Positions 1-8,369 are shown, counted from the first letter of the stretch. The stretch: 16,836 bases of DNA from Gemmatimonadaceae bacterium (GCA_040902005.1 JBBDYA010000105.1:1-16836); one strand, 5' to 3'. Translations and numbers: made by a program. Notes: a model not told the origin generated them from the letters alone.

Positions 1-43
1 CCCACCCCCACGCAGCCCACCCTTACGCAGAACAGCCCCAGCG

Positions 44-1273
44 CTACACCGTACTTGCCGGCACCACACTGTCCCCGACAGCAGCAGCAGCCGCGGTTTC
101 GGGCTCGGGGTACTCGACCCGGGCGACGCGGCCCTCCAACGCGCGCATCATCTCCACGAACCGCAGCGCGATATCGGGCTCGAACTCCGTGCCGCTCTTC
201 TCCTCGATGTACCCCAGCACCCGATCGGCCTCCCACGCCGCGCGGTACGGACGGTTCGTCCGCAGCGCGTCGTACACGTCGCAGACGTGCACCAGCTTGC
301 TCGCCTTGTGACAGTCGCGGTCGAAGTGCCGCTTGGGATAGCCGCCGCCATTGAGCATGATGTGGTGCTCGTACGCCACCGTCGCGGCCATGTCCAGTTC
401 GCGGTCGCTGGTGATGATCAGCTTCGCGCCCTCGGTGGTGTGGGTCTGCATCACCGCGCGCTCCTCGTCGGTGAGCTTGCCGGGCTTGTTGAGGATGTCC
501 ATTGGGATCTTCACCTTGCCCAGATCGTGCAGCAGCCCTGCCACGCCGAAGGTGCGCACGTCGCGCGCGTTCAGCCCCAGGTGCTCGGCCAGCGCCATGG
601 TGAGCACCGAGACGTTGAGGCAGTGCGTCGTGGTGTACTGGTCGAATTCCTTGAGCATCAGCAGCGGGAGCATCATGTCGCTCTGGCCGTGCATCGCGAC
701 GGACAGCGAGCGCACCACCGCCTCGGCTTCCAGCAGGGGGAGCCCGCCGTTCCGCATCACCTCTTCGTGCATGTACTTGATCGAGTCGATTTCCTCACCC
801 AGCTGATAGGAGATCGTCGCGGTCACGATTTCCTTCTCGAACGCCTTGCGCCCCTCCTCCGTGTCGGTGCGAATTCCGATCGCGCCGTACCGGATGCGCG
901 GGCGTTCGGTCATCTGACGCGACTCGGTGGTGTCGAACGCCACGCCGGGATTGGAGACGCGGCCGTACACCTCGTCGAGAAAGTTGGAGTAATCCTCGCG
1001 CGTGGTGTCGGAGTCGAACTCCAGGCGCTGGATCCCCATCGCGGACAAGCGCTTGCTCCAGTCCCAGTCCCTCAGGTCGCGCAGGCTCGTGGCGCCGTAG
1101 ACCACCTCGTCTCCCAAAAAGGAGAACTCCGGCTGCTTGTCCACTTCCAGCACATCCTGGAGCAGGGCGAACGAGCGGTCGATGACGCGCTCGCGCGCCG
1201 GATGCCCCGGCTTGTACAGGGACATGGTGGAGAGGGTCTGGGCGAGACTGGAGAGGAAACGGGACGGATCCAT
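44..1273 (-). CDS. HD-GYP domain protein (predicted cyclic-dinucleotide/c-di-GMP phosphodiesterase) with an uncharacterised N-terminal domain, 409 aa
   Basis: Motifs DQYTTTH, LLHDLGK (HD), KPGKLT, HTTEG, YEHHIMLNGGGYP (GYP; variant of HHExxDGxGYP), CDVYDALRTNRPYR. The N-terminal ~130 aa carry LYKPGHP. Confidence 0.93.
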   Translation of the reverse strand: MDPSRFLSSLAQTLSTMSLYKPGHPARERVIDRSFALLQDVLEVDKQPEFSFLGDEVVYGATSLRDLRDWDWSKRLSAMGIQRLEFDSDTTREDYSNFLDEVYGRVSNPGVAFDTTESRQMTERPRIRYGAIGIRTDTEEGRKAFEKEIVTATISYQLGEEIDSIKYMHEEVMRNGGLPLLEAEAVVRSLSVAMHGQSDMMLPLLMLKEFDQYTTTHCLNVSVLTMALAEHLGLNARDVRTFGVAGLLHDLGKVKIPMDILNKPGKLTDEERAVMQTHTTEGAKLIITSDRELDMAATVAYEHHIMLNGGGYPKRHFDRDCHKASKLVHVCDVYDALRTNRPYRAAWEADRVLGYIEEKSGTEFEPDIALRFVEMMRALEGRVARVEYPEPETAAAAAVGDSVVPASTV

Positions 1274-1312
1274 GCTAGGCGGCCGCGATGGTGAAGGATG
1301 GTGAACGTGGCA

Positions 1313-3598
1313 TCAGTCGGTGATCGCCTTGAACTTGCCGGTCACCCGCTGCGCGCCCATGGCCTTCTTCAGCTCCGGGTCCGCCGCCTTGATCGCCAGG
1401 TTGAGGATTTCCTGCACGTCCGGATCCTGCGCCCAATACGCGGCGAGGGCGCCAAGGGCCGCCAGCATTTCCGCGGACTTCGGCTGGAGCTGCCATTTGC
1501 GCAGAAAGCGCGATCGGGTGGCGACGCGCCCCATCAGCCAGTCGAGCGTCTTCTTGTTCGCGGCGGACGTCGCCGCGGGGTTGGCATCCGCCGTCACCGC
1601 GCGCATCATCTGCGACGTGCGGCCGCTGCCCGTCAGCATCGGGCCGGCGCCACTGTCCGTGGCGGCCAGCACCCGGATCGCGAGCGTGGTGAGTGCGGAA
1701 TCGAGGTCGCCGGATTCCATGCGCTGCCGGATGATGGTCGCCGCGCGCGGCGGGCAGCCCCCCTCTTGCGCCGCCTGGAGCCCGTAGTACACCGCCCGCT
1801 CGTCCGTGTCGGTGACGCCGGCAACGATCGCCTGCTCGCGCGTTTCCACGAACTTGAGCAGCAGCCGCACCGCCTCGCGACGCACCGCGCCGTCGGTGTG
1901 CAGCAGGAAGCGCGACACGTCGAACCCTTCCGGTATCGTCGCCAGTTTACCGAGGACCAGGAAGAATTCGCGGCGCAGATCGGCCCGCGCGCCTTCCAGC
2001 CGGCGCACGATGTACGGGCCGATCTCGGGGCCCAGCTCCTCGAGCGTGGCCAGCAGCTTCTCCCGCGTGCGTGACTCCTTCGTGCGCTCGACGACGTCCA
2101 GCACCGGATCGATCGCGGACAGGCGCTTGCGGCGCACCAGCCGCTCCACGACCGCGAAATCGATGCGGGCCTCCGAGAGCGCCGCCCACAGGATGTCGTG
2201 CCCGTCCAGGTACGCCCACACCGTCTCGGCGAATGCCTGGTCGGGCGCCCGGTGCAGCAGGTCGAGCAGCACGTCCAGCCGGGCAGAGTTGAGCAGTGCG
2301 TCCAGCGCATTGTCGAATCGGGGACCGCTGATGCCGAGCTCCATCCCCATCTCGACGAGCCGCTCCGGCTCGCATTCGAGGTACTCCGTGTGTTGCTGCG
2401 CGCGCTGGCTCCGCGACATCTCGTGCAGCACCTTGCCGTACGCGGTCGGGTTCGGGTCGTCCAGGTCCCACTCCGAGATCAGCTTGCCCATCTGCTCGCG
2501 CACCTGCGTTTCCGCGTTCGCCCGGCGGGACGGGTCCGCGTCGCTGTCGGCGTACTTGGACAGCTTGGAGAACAGGCGCATCATCGAGTGCGAGATCGTC
2601 TGCCGCCCGTCGGCCGACGACGCCTGCACCAGATCGAGCACGGCGTCCACCGTCATCCCCTGCGACGCGTTCAGCAGGAACTGCTTTTTCTGCGCAAGAT
2701 CGCCGCCCATCTGAAGCAACTGCCGGAGTGTTTCCGGACTCAACTGCTTCACCAGCTCGGAGATTCGCTTCTGGAGCTCCAGCGTTTCGGGCGTTCCGCC
2801 CGATTTCTTCAGCTCCTCCGCGATCTGCAGCAGGTAGCCCACGATCACCTGATCGTAGGCCTGCTCCTGCTGCCGGCTGTCGATGGCCTCCGCAACCACA
2901 AGCGGGTTCAGCGCATTCTCGTCGAGCTCCGCGTCGCCATCCAGCAGCATCGCGGCGCGCGCCATGCCCACCCAGAGTTGCGCGGCCTTGGCGGACCCCA
3001 CCTTCTTGATGCGCGTCTCGCCCTCGTGGTCCTTGCCGTCGTACAACAGCTGGAGACGATCGTAGTTGAGTGGGTACAGCCGCACGTTCGCCCACTTCTC
3101 GGACAGCTCCTCCGACTTGTCCCCCAGCGGCTGGCCGGTGCGCCCCGCGTCCACCGCGATGGTGGCCAGCGCGTCATCCAGCTCTTCCTGCGTCACGCCG
3201 TCTCCAAATCGGATCGCGCCCAGGCTGTGCTTGTGCAGCCGCCCTGCGAGCTCCTTCAGCAGGGGATGGTTCGGATCGGTGGCCACCCCTTCGATGATGA
3301 GTTGCCGCCGAGCGATGCCGATGGAGAGCGACGGGCGGTCCACCAGCAGCCGGGCGAGCTTCTCCATGAGACCGTCCATGGAGGATTTCAGTAGCGGATG
3401 CCCGACCGGGTAGATCGCGTGCTTCTGCATCGAGATCGAGAACTCGACGAGGAAGTCCGAGAGTTCGCGGGACAGCGTCGCCCTGGTCTTGGGCGCGTCG
3501 GACCCCCCGCTACCGTCTTCGTCGACGGGCGATCCGATGGCCGCGCTGTGGCGCGGGGTGTAGCTCCCGGGCGGCGGGAATGAGCCGGAGTTCCGCAA
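1313..3598 (-). CDS. Large helical protein with C-terminal HEAT-like repeats and an N-terminal Y-x-x-GHP domain, about 761 aa from a TTG start (the ORF is open to 3721)
   Basis: Long ORF with GC-rich codon usage. HEAT-like segments RTREKLLATLEELG, LLHTDGAVRREAVRLL, VTDTDERAVYYGL. An AGAGG lies about 13 nt before the TTG at 3598; the start is uncertain. The stop is 39 nt upstream of the HD-GYP start, so an operon is likely. Confidence 0.85.
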   Translation of the reverse strand: MRNSGSFPPPGSYTPRHSAAIGSPVDEDGSGGSDAPKTRATLSRELSDFLVEFSISMQKHAIYPVGHPLLKSSMDGLMEKLARLLVDRPSLSIGIARRQLIIEGVATDPNHPLLKELAGRLHKHSLGAIRFGDGVTQEELDDALATIAVDAGRTGQPLGDKSEELSEKWANVRLYPLNYDRLQLLYDGKDHEGETRIKKVGSAKAAQLWVGMARAAMLLDGDAELDENALNPLVVAEAIDSRQQEQAYDQVIVGYLLQIAEELKKSGGTPETLELQKRISELVKQLSPETLRQLLQMGGDLAQKKQFLLNASQGMTVDAVLDLVQASSADGRQTISHSMMRLFSKLSKYADSDADPSRRANAETQVREQMGKLISEWDLDDPNPTAYGKVLHEMSRSQRAQQHTEYLECEPERLVEMGMELGISGPRFDNALDALLNSARLDVLLDLLHRAPDQAFAETVWAYLDGHDILWAALSEARIDFAVVERLVRRKRLSAIDPVLDVVERTKESRTREKLLATLEELGPEIGPYIVRRLEGARADLRREFFLVLGKLATIPEGFDVSRFLLHTDGAVRREAVRLLLKFVETREQAIVAGVTDTDERAVYYGLQAAQEGGCPPRAATIIRQRMESGDLDSALTTLAIRVLAATDSGAGPMLTGSGRTSQMMRAVTADANPAATSAANKKTLDWLMGRVATRSRFLRKWQLQPKSAEMLAALGALAAYWAQDPDVQEILNLAIKAADPELKKAMGAQRVTGKFKAITD

Positions 3599-3760
3599 CG
3601 GCTGGACTGAACCTCTGGTGGGGCTGAGTACAGGACGATTATCGCCGCTGGAAGGCCTCAAGGACAGGGCTGACTTCTGAAAAATGTCATTCCGAGTCGC
3701 GCAGCGACGAAGAATCTGCACCTAGTCCTCAAGAGCCATGCGCGGCTCGCAGGACGGCAT

Positions 3761-3787
3761 TGGGCACGCATTGGGCATCCTTTCTGC
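3761..3787 (+). promoter_or_regulatory. Two overlapping sigma54-like -24/-12 elements
   Basis: GG(3763-64)-N10-GC(3775-76) in TGGGCACGCATTGGGC and GG(3774-75)-N10-GC(3786-87) in TGGGCATCCTTTCTGC. They arise from an 11-bp period repeat (GCATTGGGCA twice), about 50 nt upstream of ATG 3840. Confidence 0.4.
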
Positions 3788-3839
3788 CCTGATACTAGGG
3801 AATTGGGCCATAGCCCCCCCCACAGCCAGGTACCCACTC

Positions 3840-4094
3840 ATGACATATCCCAGGAGAAAGCAGTCCACAGGCGCCGGCGCCGAAGCCGCTGAAGGAATCC
3901 ACGGCCAGCCAAAGGGACGCGGCGAGACACGCGATCCCACCGACAACACGTCCCTCGAGGATCGCAAGACGGGCGACACCGGCGACCAGCGAGGCAGTGA
4001 GCCACTCGCCGATAGCGAGCAGCACCGCAGCAGCTACGGTGGCGACAAGGGACGCCCCAAGCCCACAACAGACGGACCTGACGGTGGGAGATAG
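3840..4094 (+). CDS. Small hydrophilic, probably disordered hypothetical protein, 84 aa (MTYPRRKQSTGAG...DGPDGGR)
   Basis: Open frame rich in G/D/E/R/T/S with few hydrophobic residues. Weak AGG SD and a sigma54-like site upstream. It fills the gap before the 4128 gene. Confidence 0.6.
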   Translation: MTYPRRKQSTGAGAEAAEGIHGQPKGRGETRDPTDNTSLEDRKTGDTGDQRGSEPLADSEQHRSSYGGDKGRPKPTTDGPDGGR

Positions 4095-4114
4095 ACCCGC
4101 CGCGCCTCCCCGGC

Positions 4115-4120
4115 TAACTT
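4115..4120 (+). promoter_or_regulatory. Candidate -10 hexamer (TAACTT) for a leaderless transcript of 4128..4313
   Basis: TANNNT 7 nt before the ATG and no SD. The same GCTAACTTT string precedes serA. Confidence 0.5.
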
Positions 4121-4127
4121 TCACGGC

Positions 4128-4313
4128 ATGACTACTCCCAACACCGGTGCGTCGGCCGACCTCGGCGAGCGCATGAAGAAGATGCAGCGGGCGATCTACT
4201 ACCTCATCTGGCGCCGCACCGGATTCGGTGAGCAGTGCATCCACTGCGGGCACTCGTATCCCGGGCATGAGAACAAGTGCAAAGGGGCGGAGATCGAAGA
4301 GCTCATTCGCTGA
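4128..4313 (+). CDS. 61-aa small protein with a C-x2-C-x6-H-x3-C putative zinc site
   Basis: CIHCGHSYPGHENKC motif, strongly G/C-ending codons, -10-like box upstream and intrinsic terminator downstream. Confidence 0.8.
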   Translation: MTTPNTGASADLGERMKKMQRAIYYLIWRRTGFGEQCIHCGHSYPGHENKCKGAEIEELIR

Positions 4314-4355
4314 GTTCCGGCATTGCGAGCTCGAGTGCTGGCTACTGAACCGACC

Positions 4356-4383
4356 AAGGCGCCTTCACGGCGCCTTTTTTTTC
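4356..4383 (+). terminator. Rho-independent terminator
   Basis: AAGGCGCC-TTCAC-GGCGCCTT stem-loop running into a T8 tract. Confidence 0.88.
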
Positions 4384-4434
4384 TTCGATGATCTGATGTC
4401 ACGAAGCACCTGATCCCGGCTCCCCCGATATCGG

Positions 4435-4450
4435 TTGGCATGAGCCTTGT
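4435..4450 (+). promoter_or_regulatory. Sigma54-like promoter for the subtilase
   Basis: TTGGCATGAGCCTTGT compared with consensus TGGCAC-N5-TTGC (GT instead of GC at -12), 47 nt upstream of ATG 4498. Confidence 0.45.
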
Positions 4451-4497
4451 CTTTAGGTGGTGCGAAGGACAGCACCCCAGAAGAGGCAAGCGGGTTC

Positions 4498-5592
4498 ATG
4501 TTGCACCGATCACAATTCCCGGGCTTTGGACGAGTCGTCGCCGCCGGCACGCTGGCGGTATCGTTGCTCGGGTGTATGCAAGCGACGCAAACGAGCACGG
4601 CAGCCGGCATTCCGATCGCCGGCGCCGGCTCGTTCCTGAGCTCGCTCGGCGGTCGGGCGCTCAGTGTCTTCGAGTCGCACACGGTCTCTTTCGCACTGGA
4701 CCGCATCGACCAGCGCGAGCTGCCGCTGGACCGAACGTTCCGCCGCAGCGGCACCGGCGAGGGCGTGATCGTATACGTCTTTGACGGCGGCGTGCTGGCG
4801 AATCATCCGGAGCTGATCGGCCGCGTGCGCAAGGGCTACGACGCCTTTCCGGCGGACCCGGCGGTGTGTAACGCTCACGGCACGGCCGTGGCCGGCGCGG
4901 TGGCGGGCACGTCACTTGGCGTTGCGCCCGGCGCCTTGGTGGTCGATGTGAAGATGGTGGAGTGCGGCAAGCTGCGCGGCACCATCAGGGCCATCGTGGA
5001 CGGCACGGAGTGGGTGATCGAGGACGCCAAGCGCCATGGCCGCCCCGCGATCGCGAACTGGTCGTTCATCGCGGACACCGCGTCGAACATTCCAGCGCTC
5101 GACACCGCCATTGCGAGGTTGCGAGCCGCGAACATCCCGGTGGTCGTGTCGGCGGGGAACCTGGACATCAACGCGTGCAAGGTGTCGCCCGGCAACGCGG
5201 ACGGGGCGATCGTCGTCGGGGCGTCCGCCGTGTATCGCCGGATCGACAATGGTGAGTCCACGATGGTCGATCGGCGCGCGCGGCACACCGCGTACGGACC
5301 CTGCGTGGATGTCTACGCTCCTGGCGATTCGGTGCTGCTGCCGAGCTTTGGCGCGGACAGGGCGCCCACGGTGCAGCTGTGGAACGGGACGTCGATGTCC
5401 GCCGGCTACGTGAGCGGCGCGATCGCGCTCTATCTCCAGTCGCGCCCGGAGTCCACGCCGGACGATGCGCTGCATGCCATGCGCGCGAATGCCACGGTCA
5501 ACGCGGTGCACGACACGCGCAGTCCGCTCTCGTGGCTGCTGTACGTGGGCTCGCGCGATACAGTAAGCGTCCGCGTCGTCGCCCGGCGCTAG
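4498..5592 (+). CDS. S8 subtilisin-like serine peptidase (proteinase K/aqualysin type), predicted lipoprotein, 364 aa
   Basis: Catalytic triad motifs VFDGG, AHGTAVAG and NGTSMS; oxyanion-hole SAGN; mature-domain start ALDRIDQRELPLD; signal peptide ending in lipobox LLGC; AGAGG SD upstream of ATG 4498. Confidence 0.93.
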   Translation: MLHRSQFPGFGRVVAAGTLAVSLLGCMQATQTSTAAGIPIAGAGSFLSSLGGRALSVFESHTVSFALDRIDQRELPLDRTFRRSGTGEGVIVYVFDGGVLANHPELIGRVRKGYDAFPADPAVCNAHGTAVAGAVAGTSLGVAPGALVVDVKMVECGKLRGTIRAIVDGTEWVIEDAKRHGRPAIANWSFIADTASNIPALDTAIARLRAANIPVVVSAGNLDINACKVSPGNADGAIVVGASAVYRRIDNGESTMVDRRARHTAYGPCVDVYAPGDSVLLPSFGADRAPTVQLWNGTSMSAGYVSGAIALYLQSRPESTPDDALHAMRANATVNAVHDTRSPLSWLLYVGSRDTVSVRVVARR

Positions 5593-5607
5593 ACGCCTCA
5601 TGCTCGT

Positions 5608-5716
5608 CTCGCGGGAGCGGGGCATCCGCTTCGCGCGACTGTGCTCAATTCAGGCAAGAAGATCGCTTGCCAGAATTGACACAGCCCGCGCTGCGCGGAC
5701 ACCCCGCTCCCACGAG
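5608..5716. repeat. 109-nt imperfect long inverted repeat (REP/REPIN/MITE-like element or structured RNA)
   Basis: Nested arms CTCGCGGGAGCGGGG/CCCCGCTCCCACGAG (14/15), TCCGC/GCGGA, CTGTG/CACAG, TCAATTC/GAATTGA and GGCAAG/CTTGCC around the loop AAGATCG. Confidence 0.85.
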
Positions 5717-5804
5717 CCCCCCCCCCGCGCTACGGTGATGCGCCCCGCGGCGAAATGGTGACGCGCGCGCGCGCCCAGAACAGGGCGAGCGAACGAGATG
5801 GACG

Positions 5805-5862
5805 GGAAGCGGGCGAGCATCGAGCACATTCGCGCCGAGGGGATCTGGACTCGCCTGCTTCC
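5805..5862 (+). repeat. Second stem-loop upstream of tkt
   Basis: GGAAGCGGGCGAG (5805-5817) pairs with CTCGCCTGCTTCC (5850-5862): 13 bp including one G-U on the + strand. Confidence 0.6.
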
Positions 5863-5948
5863 GGCCCGAGAGCGTGAGGGCCGCCCCGACCAATCGCGTG
5901 GCGATGAAGTAGTTTTGGGTGCTGAACAATCCCCCTCCCGCCCAAGCG

Positions 5949-7925
5949 ATGAGCATCGAGCAGCTCGCCATCAACACCATCCGCACGCTCTCCATGGACG
6001 CCGTGCAGAAAGCGGAGTCCGGCCACCCCGGCACGCCGATGGCCCTCGCCCCCCTGGCCTACCGGCTGTACATGCACCACATGAAGCACGATCCGTCGGA
6101 CCCCGGGTGGCCCGACCGCGACCGCTTCGTGCTCTCTGCTGGCCACGCGTCCATGCTCCTCTACTCGGCGCTCTTCCTCGCCGGCTACAAGCTCACCCTC
6201 GAGGACCTCAAGAACTTCCGGCAGTGGGAGAGCAGGACCCCGGGCCACCCCGAGTACGGCTTCACCGACGGCGTCGAGACCACCACCGGCCCTCTGGGCC
6301 AGGGAATGTCCAACGCGGTGGGGATGGCCATGGCCGAGGCGCATCTCGCGGCCGTATTCAACACGCCGGGGCACCAGATCGTGGACCACCATACCTGGTT
6401 CATCGCCAGCGACGGCGATCTCATGGAGGGCGTGTCGCACGAGGTCGCGTCGTTCGCGGGACACAACGGGCTGGGCAAGCTGATCGGCTTCTACGACGAC
6501 AACAGGATCACGATCGACGGCTCCACGGATCTTTCCTATAGCGACGACGCGCAGAAGCGCTTCGAGGGGTACGGCTGGCAGGTACTGCGGCTGGACGACG
6601 TCAACGACCTGGCGGCGATCGACGCGGTCATCGCGCAGGCAAAGGCCGACGCGGCGCGCCCCACGCTGGTGATCACGCGCACGCACATCGGCTTCGGCAG
6701 CCCCAACCGGCAGGATACCGCCAAGGCGCACGGCGAGCCGCTGGGCAAGGACGAGGTCGTCCTCACCAAGAAGAACCTGGGCTGGGAGTGGCCAGAGGAA
6801 ACCTTCAAGGTGCCCCAGGAAGCACTGGACCACTGCCGCAAGCTCGCCGCGGGGCGCGCGAAGCCAAAGGCAGAGTGGGCGAAGCGACTGAAGGCGCATC
6901 CCGCGTCGCACGAGTTCACGCGCCGCATCGAGGGGCGCCTGCCGGATGGATGGGAGACGAAGATCCCGGGCTTCACGAAGGAGAACGGCTCCGTGGCCAG
7001 CCGCGCGGCGTCGAACACCGTGCTCAACGCGCTCGTCGGGGTGCTCCCGGAGCTGGTGGGCGGCTCCGCTGACCTGACGCCCTCCAACGGTACCGCGCTC
7101 AAGAACCAGCCGGTCTTCGCGCGCGACGCCAAACACGGTCGATACGTGCATTTCGGCATCCGCGAGCACGGCATGGGCGCCATCATGAACGGGCTGTCGC
7201 TGCACGGCGGCGTGCGTCCCTTTGGCGGCACCTTCCTGATCTTCAGCGACTACATGCGCCCCGCGGTGCGGCTCGCGGCCATCATGCACCAGCCGGTGAT
7301 CTTCGTGTACACGCATGATTCCATCGGGCTGGGTGAGGACGGCCCCACGCACCAGCCCGTCGAACAGCTCTCCACCCTGCGCGCGATTCCGAACCTCACG
7401 CTCATGCGCCCGGCCGACGCGAGCGAGACCGCGGAGGCATGGAAGGCGGCGATCGCGAACACGACGGGCCCCACGGCGCTGGTGTTCACGCGCCAGAAGC
7501 TCGGATTCATCGACCGGGAGAAGCACGCGCCGGCGGCCGGCGTTGCCCGCGGCGCGTACGCGCTCACCGTTGGCAAAAAGAGGCCGCAGGTGGTGCTGAT
7601 GTCAAGCGGATCGGAAGTCGCGCTCGTCCTCGCGGCACACGAGCAGCTCGGCGCGGCCGGAGTCGTGTCGTCCGTGGTGAGCATGCCCTCACACGAACTG
7701 TTCGCGAAGCAGGACCGGAAGTACCGCGCGTCCGTATTGCCCGCCGGCGTGCCGCGCCTGGCGATCGAGGCGGGGCATCCGATGTCGTGGTACCGGTGGG
7801 TGGGCGACAACGGCATCGTGCTGGGGCTCGAGCGATTCGGCGCCAGCGCGCCGTACGAGCGGATCTACGAGGAGCTGGGGCTCACCGTGGACAGGATCGT
7901 CGCGGCCGCGAAGTCGTTGCTGTAG
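5949..7925 (+). CDS. tkt: Transketolase, 658 aa (alternative GTG start at 5919)
   Basis: [45 protein letters not shown] (ThDP motif), [32 protein letters not shown]. Confidence 0.98.
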   Translation: MSIEQLAINTIRTLSMDAVQKAESGHPGTPMALAPLAYRLYMHHMKHDPSDPGWPDRDRFVLSAGHASMLLYSALFLAGYKLTLEDLKNFRQWESRTPGHPEYGFTDGVETTTGPLGQGMSNAVGMAMAEAHLAAVFNTPGHQIVDHHTWFIASDGDLMEGVSHEVASFAGHNGLGKLIGFYDDNRITIDGSTDLSYSDDAQKRFEGYGWQVLRLDDVNDLAAIDAVIAQAKADAARPTLVITRTHIGFGSPNRQDTAKAHGEPLGKDEVVLTKKNLGWEWPEETFKVPQEALDHCRKLAAGRAKPKAEWAKRLKAHPASHEFTRRIEGRLPDGWETKIPGFTKENGSVASRAASNTVLNALVGVLPELVGGSADLTPSNGTALKNQPVFARDAKHGRYVHFGIREHGMGAIMNGLSLHGGVRPFGGTFLIFSDYMRPAVRLAAIMHQPVIFVYTHDSIGLGEDGPTHQPVEQLSTLRAIPNLTLMRPADASETAEAWKAAIANTTGPTALVFTRQKLGFIDREKHAPAAGVARGAYALTVGKKRPQVVLMSSGSEVALVLAAHEQLGAAGVVSSVVSMPSHELFAKQDRKYRASVLPAGVPRLAIEAGHPMSWYRWVGDNGIVLGLERFGASAPYERIYEELGLTVDRIVAAAKSLL

Positions 7926-7927
7926 AG

Positions 7928-8341
7928 TCAGCGCGCGTACAACCCGATGAACGCCGCCAGCAGAACCGACCAGGCCAGGAAGAAGAACCGGGTCTGCTCG
8001 CGCAGGGCTTTCTCCAGCAGCCTGGCTCCTTGTTCCTGGATCAGCAGGAACTTGCCGTCCACATCGTTGAAGCGCGCGTCCATCATGGCAAGTACCGTCT
8101 CGAAACGTGCGTCCACCTGCTGGAAGCGCGCGTCCACCTGCTGGAATCGCGCCTCCATCACGGCGAGAAATTGCTCGAATCGGGCGTCCATTCGGGCAAA
8201 CCCCATTTGCATCTCGTGACGCAATTCACCCACGTCGCCCCGATTTGCGTCCATCGCTTCCATCCAGGTGACAAGGTCGTCCGCCGCATCGGCTCCGAGC
8301 GTTTCCTGGAGTTTCCGCAGCAGGTGTGGTGAAATCGGCAT
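7928..8341 (-). CDS. Tail-anchored coiled-coil protein (DUF1640/CCDC90-like head-stalk-anchor architecture), 137 aa
   Basis: Short helical head, five to six (M/V)(D/E)ARF-type repeats spaced 7 or 11 aa apart, and a C-terminal hydrophobic helix FFFLAWSVLLAAFIGLY. A 17-bp exact DNA repeat with 21-bp period lies at 8109-8125/8130-8146. Confidence 0.8.
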   Translation of the reverse strand: MPISPHLLRKLQETLGADAADDLVTWMEAMDANRGDVGELRHEMQMGFARMDARFEQFLAVMEARFQQVDARFQQVDARFETVLAMMDARFNDVDGKFLLIQEQGARLLEKALREQTRFFFLAWSVLLAAFIGLYAR

Positions 8342-8369
8342 GGACGGAGGTGGTGAAGGTTCCGTCCAT
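8340..8369. promoter_or_regulatory. Perfect 9-bp inverted repeat spanning the putative -10 box and start codon of the coiled-coil gene
   Basis: ATGGACGGA (8340-8348), N12, TCCGTCCAT (8361-8369). Minus-strand TACGAT overlaps the distal arm. Confidence 0.5.

Noticed and set aside
1..30. 15-bp imperfect tandem repeat CCCACCCCCACGCAG/CCCACCCTTACGCAG
   Set aside because: Only two copies at the window edge; it cannot be interpreted without upstream sequence.
5608..5716. SRP RNA, 6S RNA, attC site or intrinsic terminator
   Set aside because: It lacks the SRP domain IV GNRA loop and AGCAG motif, the 6S central bubble and length, RYYYAAC/GTTRRRY ends, and a U-tract.
287..7526. Long antisense or alternate-frame ORFs (e.g. 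287..1294, 2198..3394, 1947..3095, 5730..7526) and similar ones elsewhere
   Set aside because: They are shadows of well-supported genes in high-GC DNA, with no recognisable motifs.
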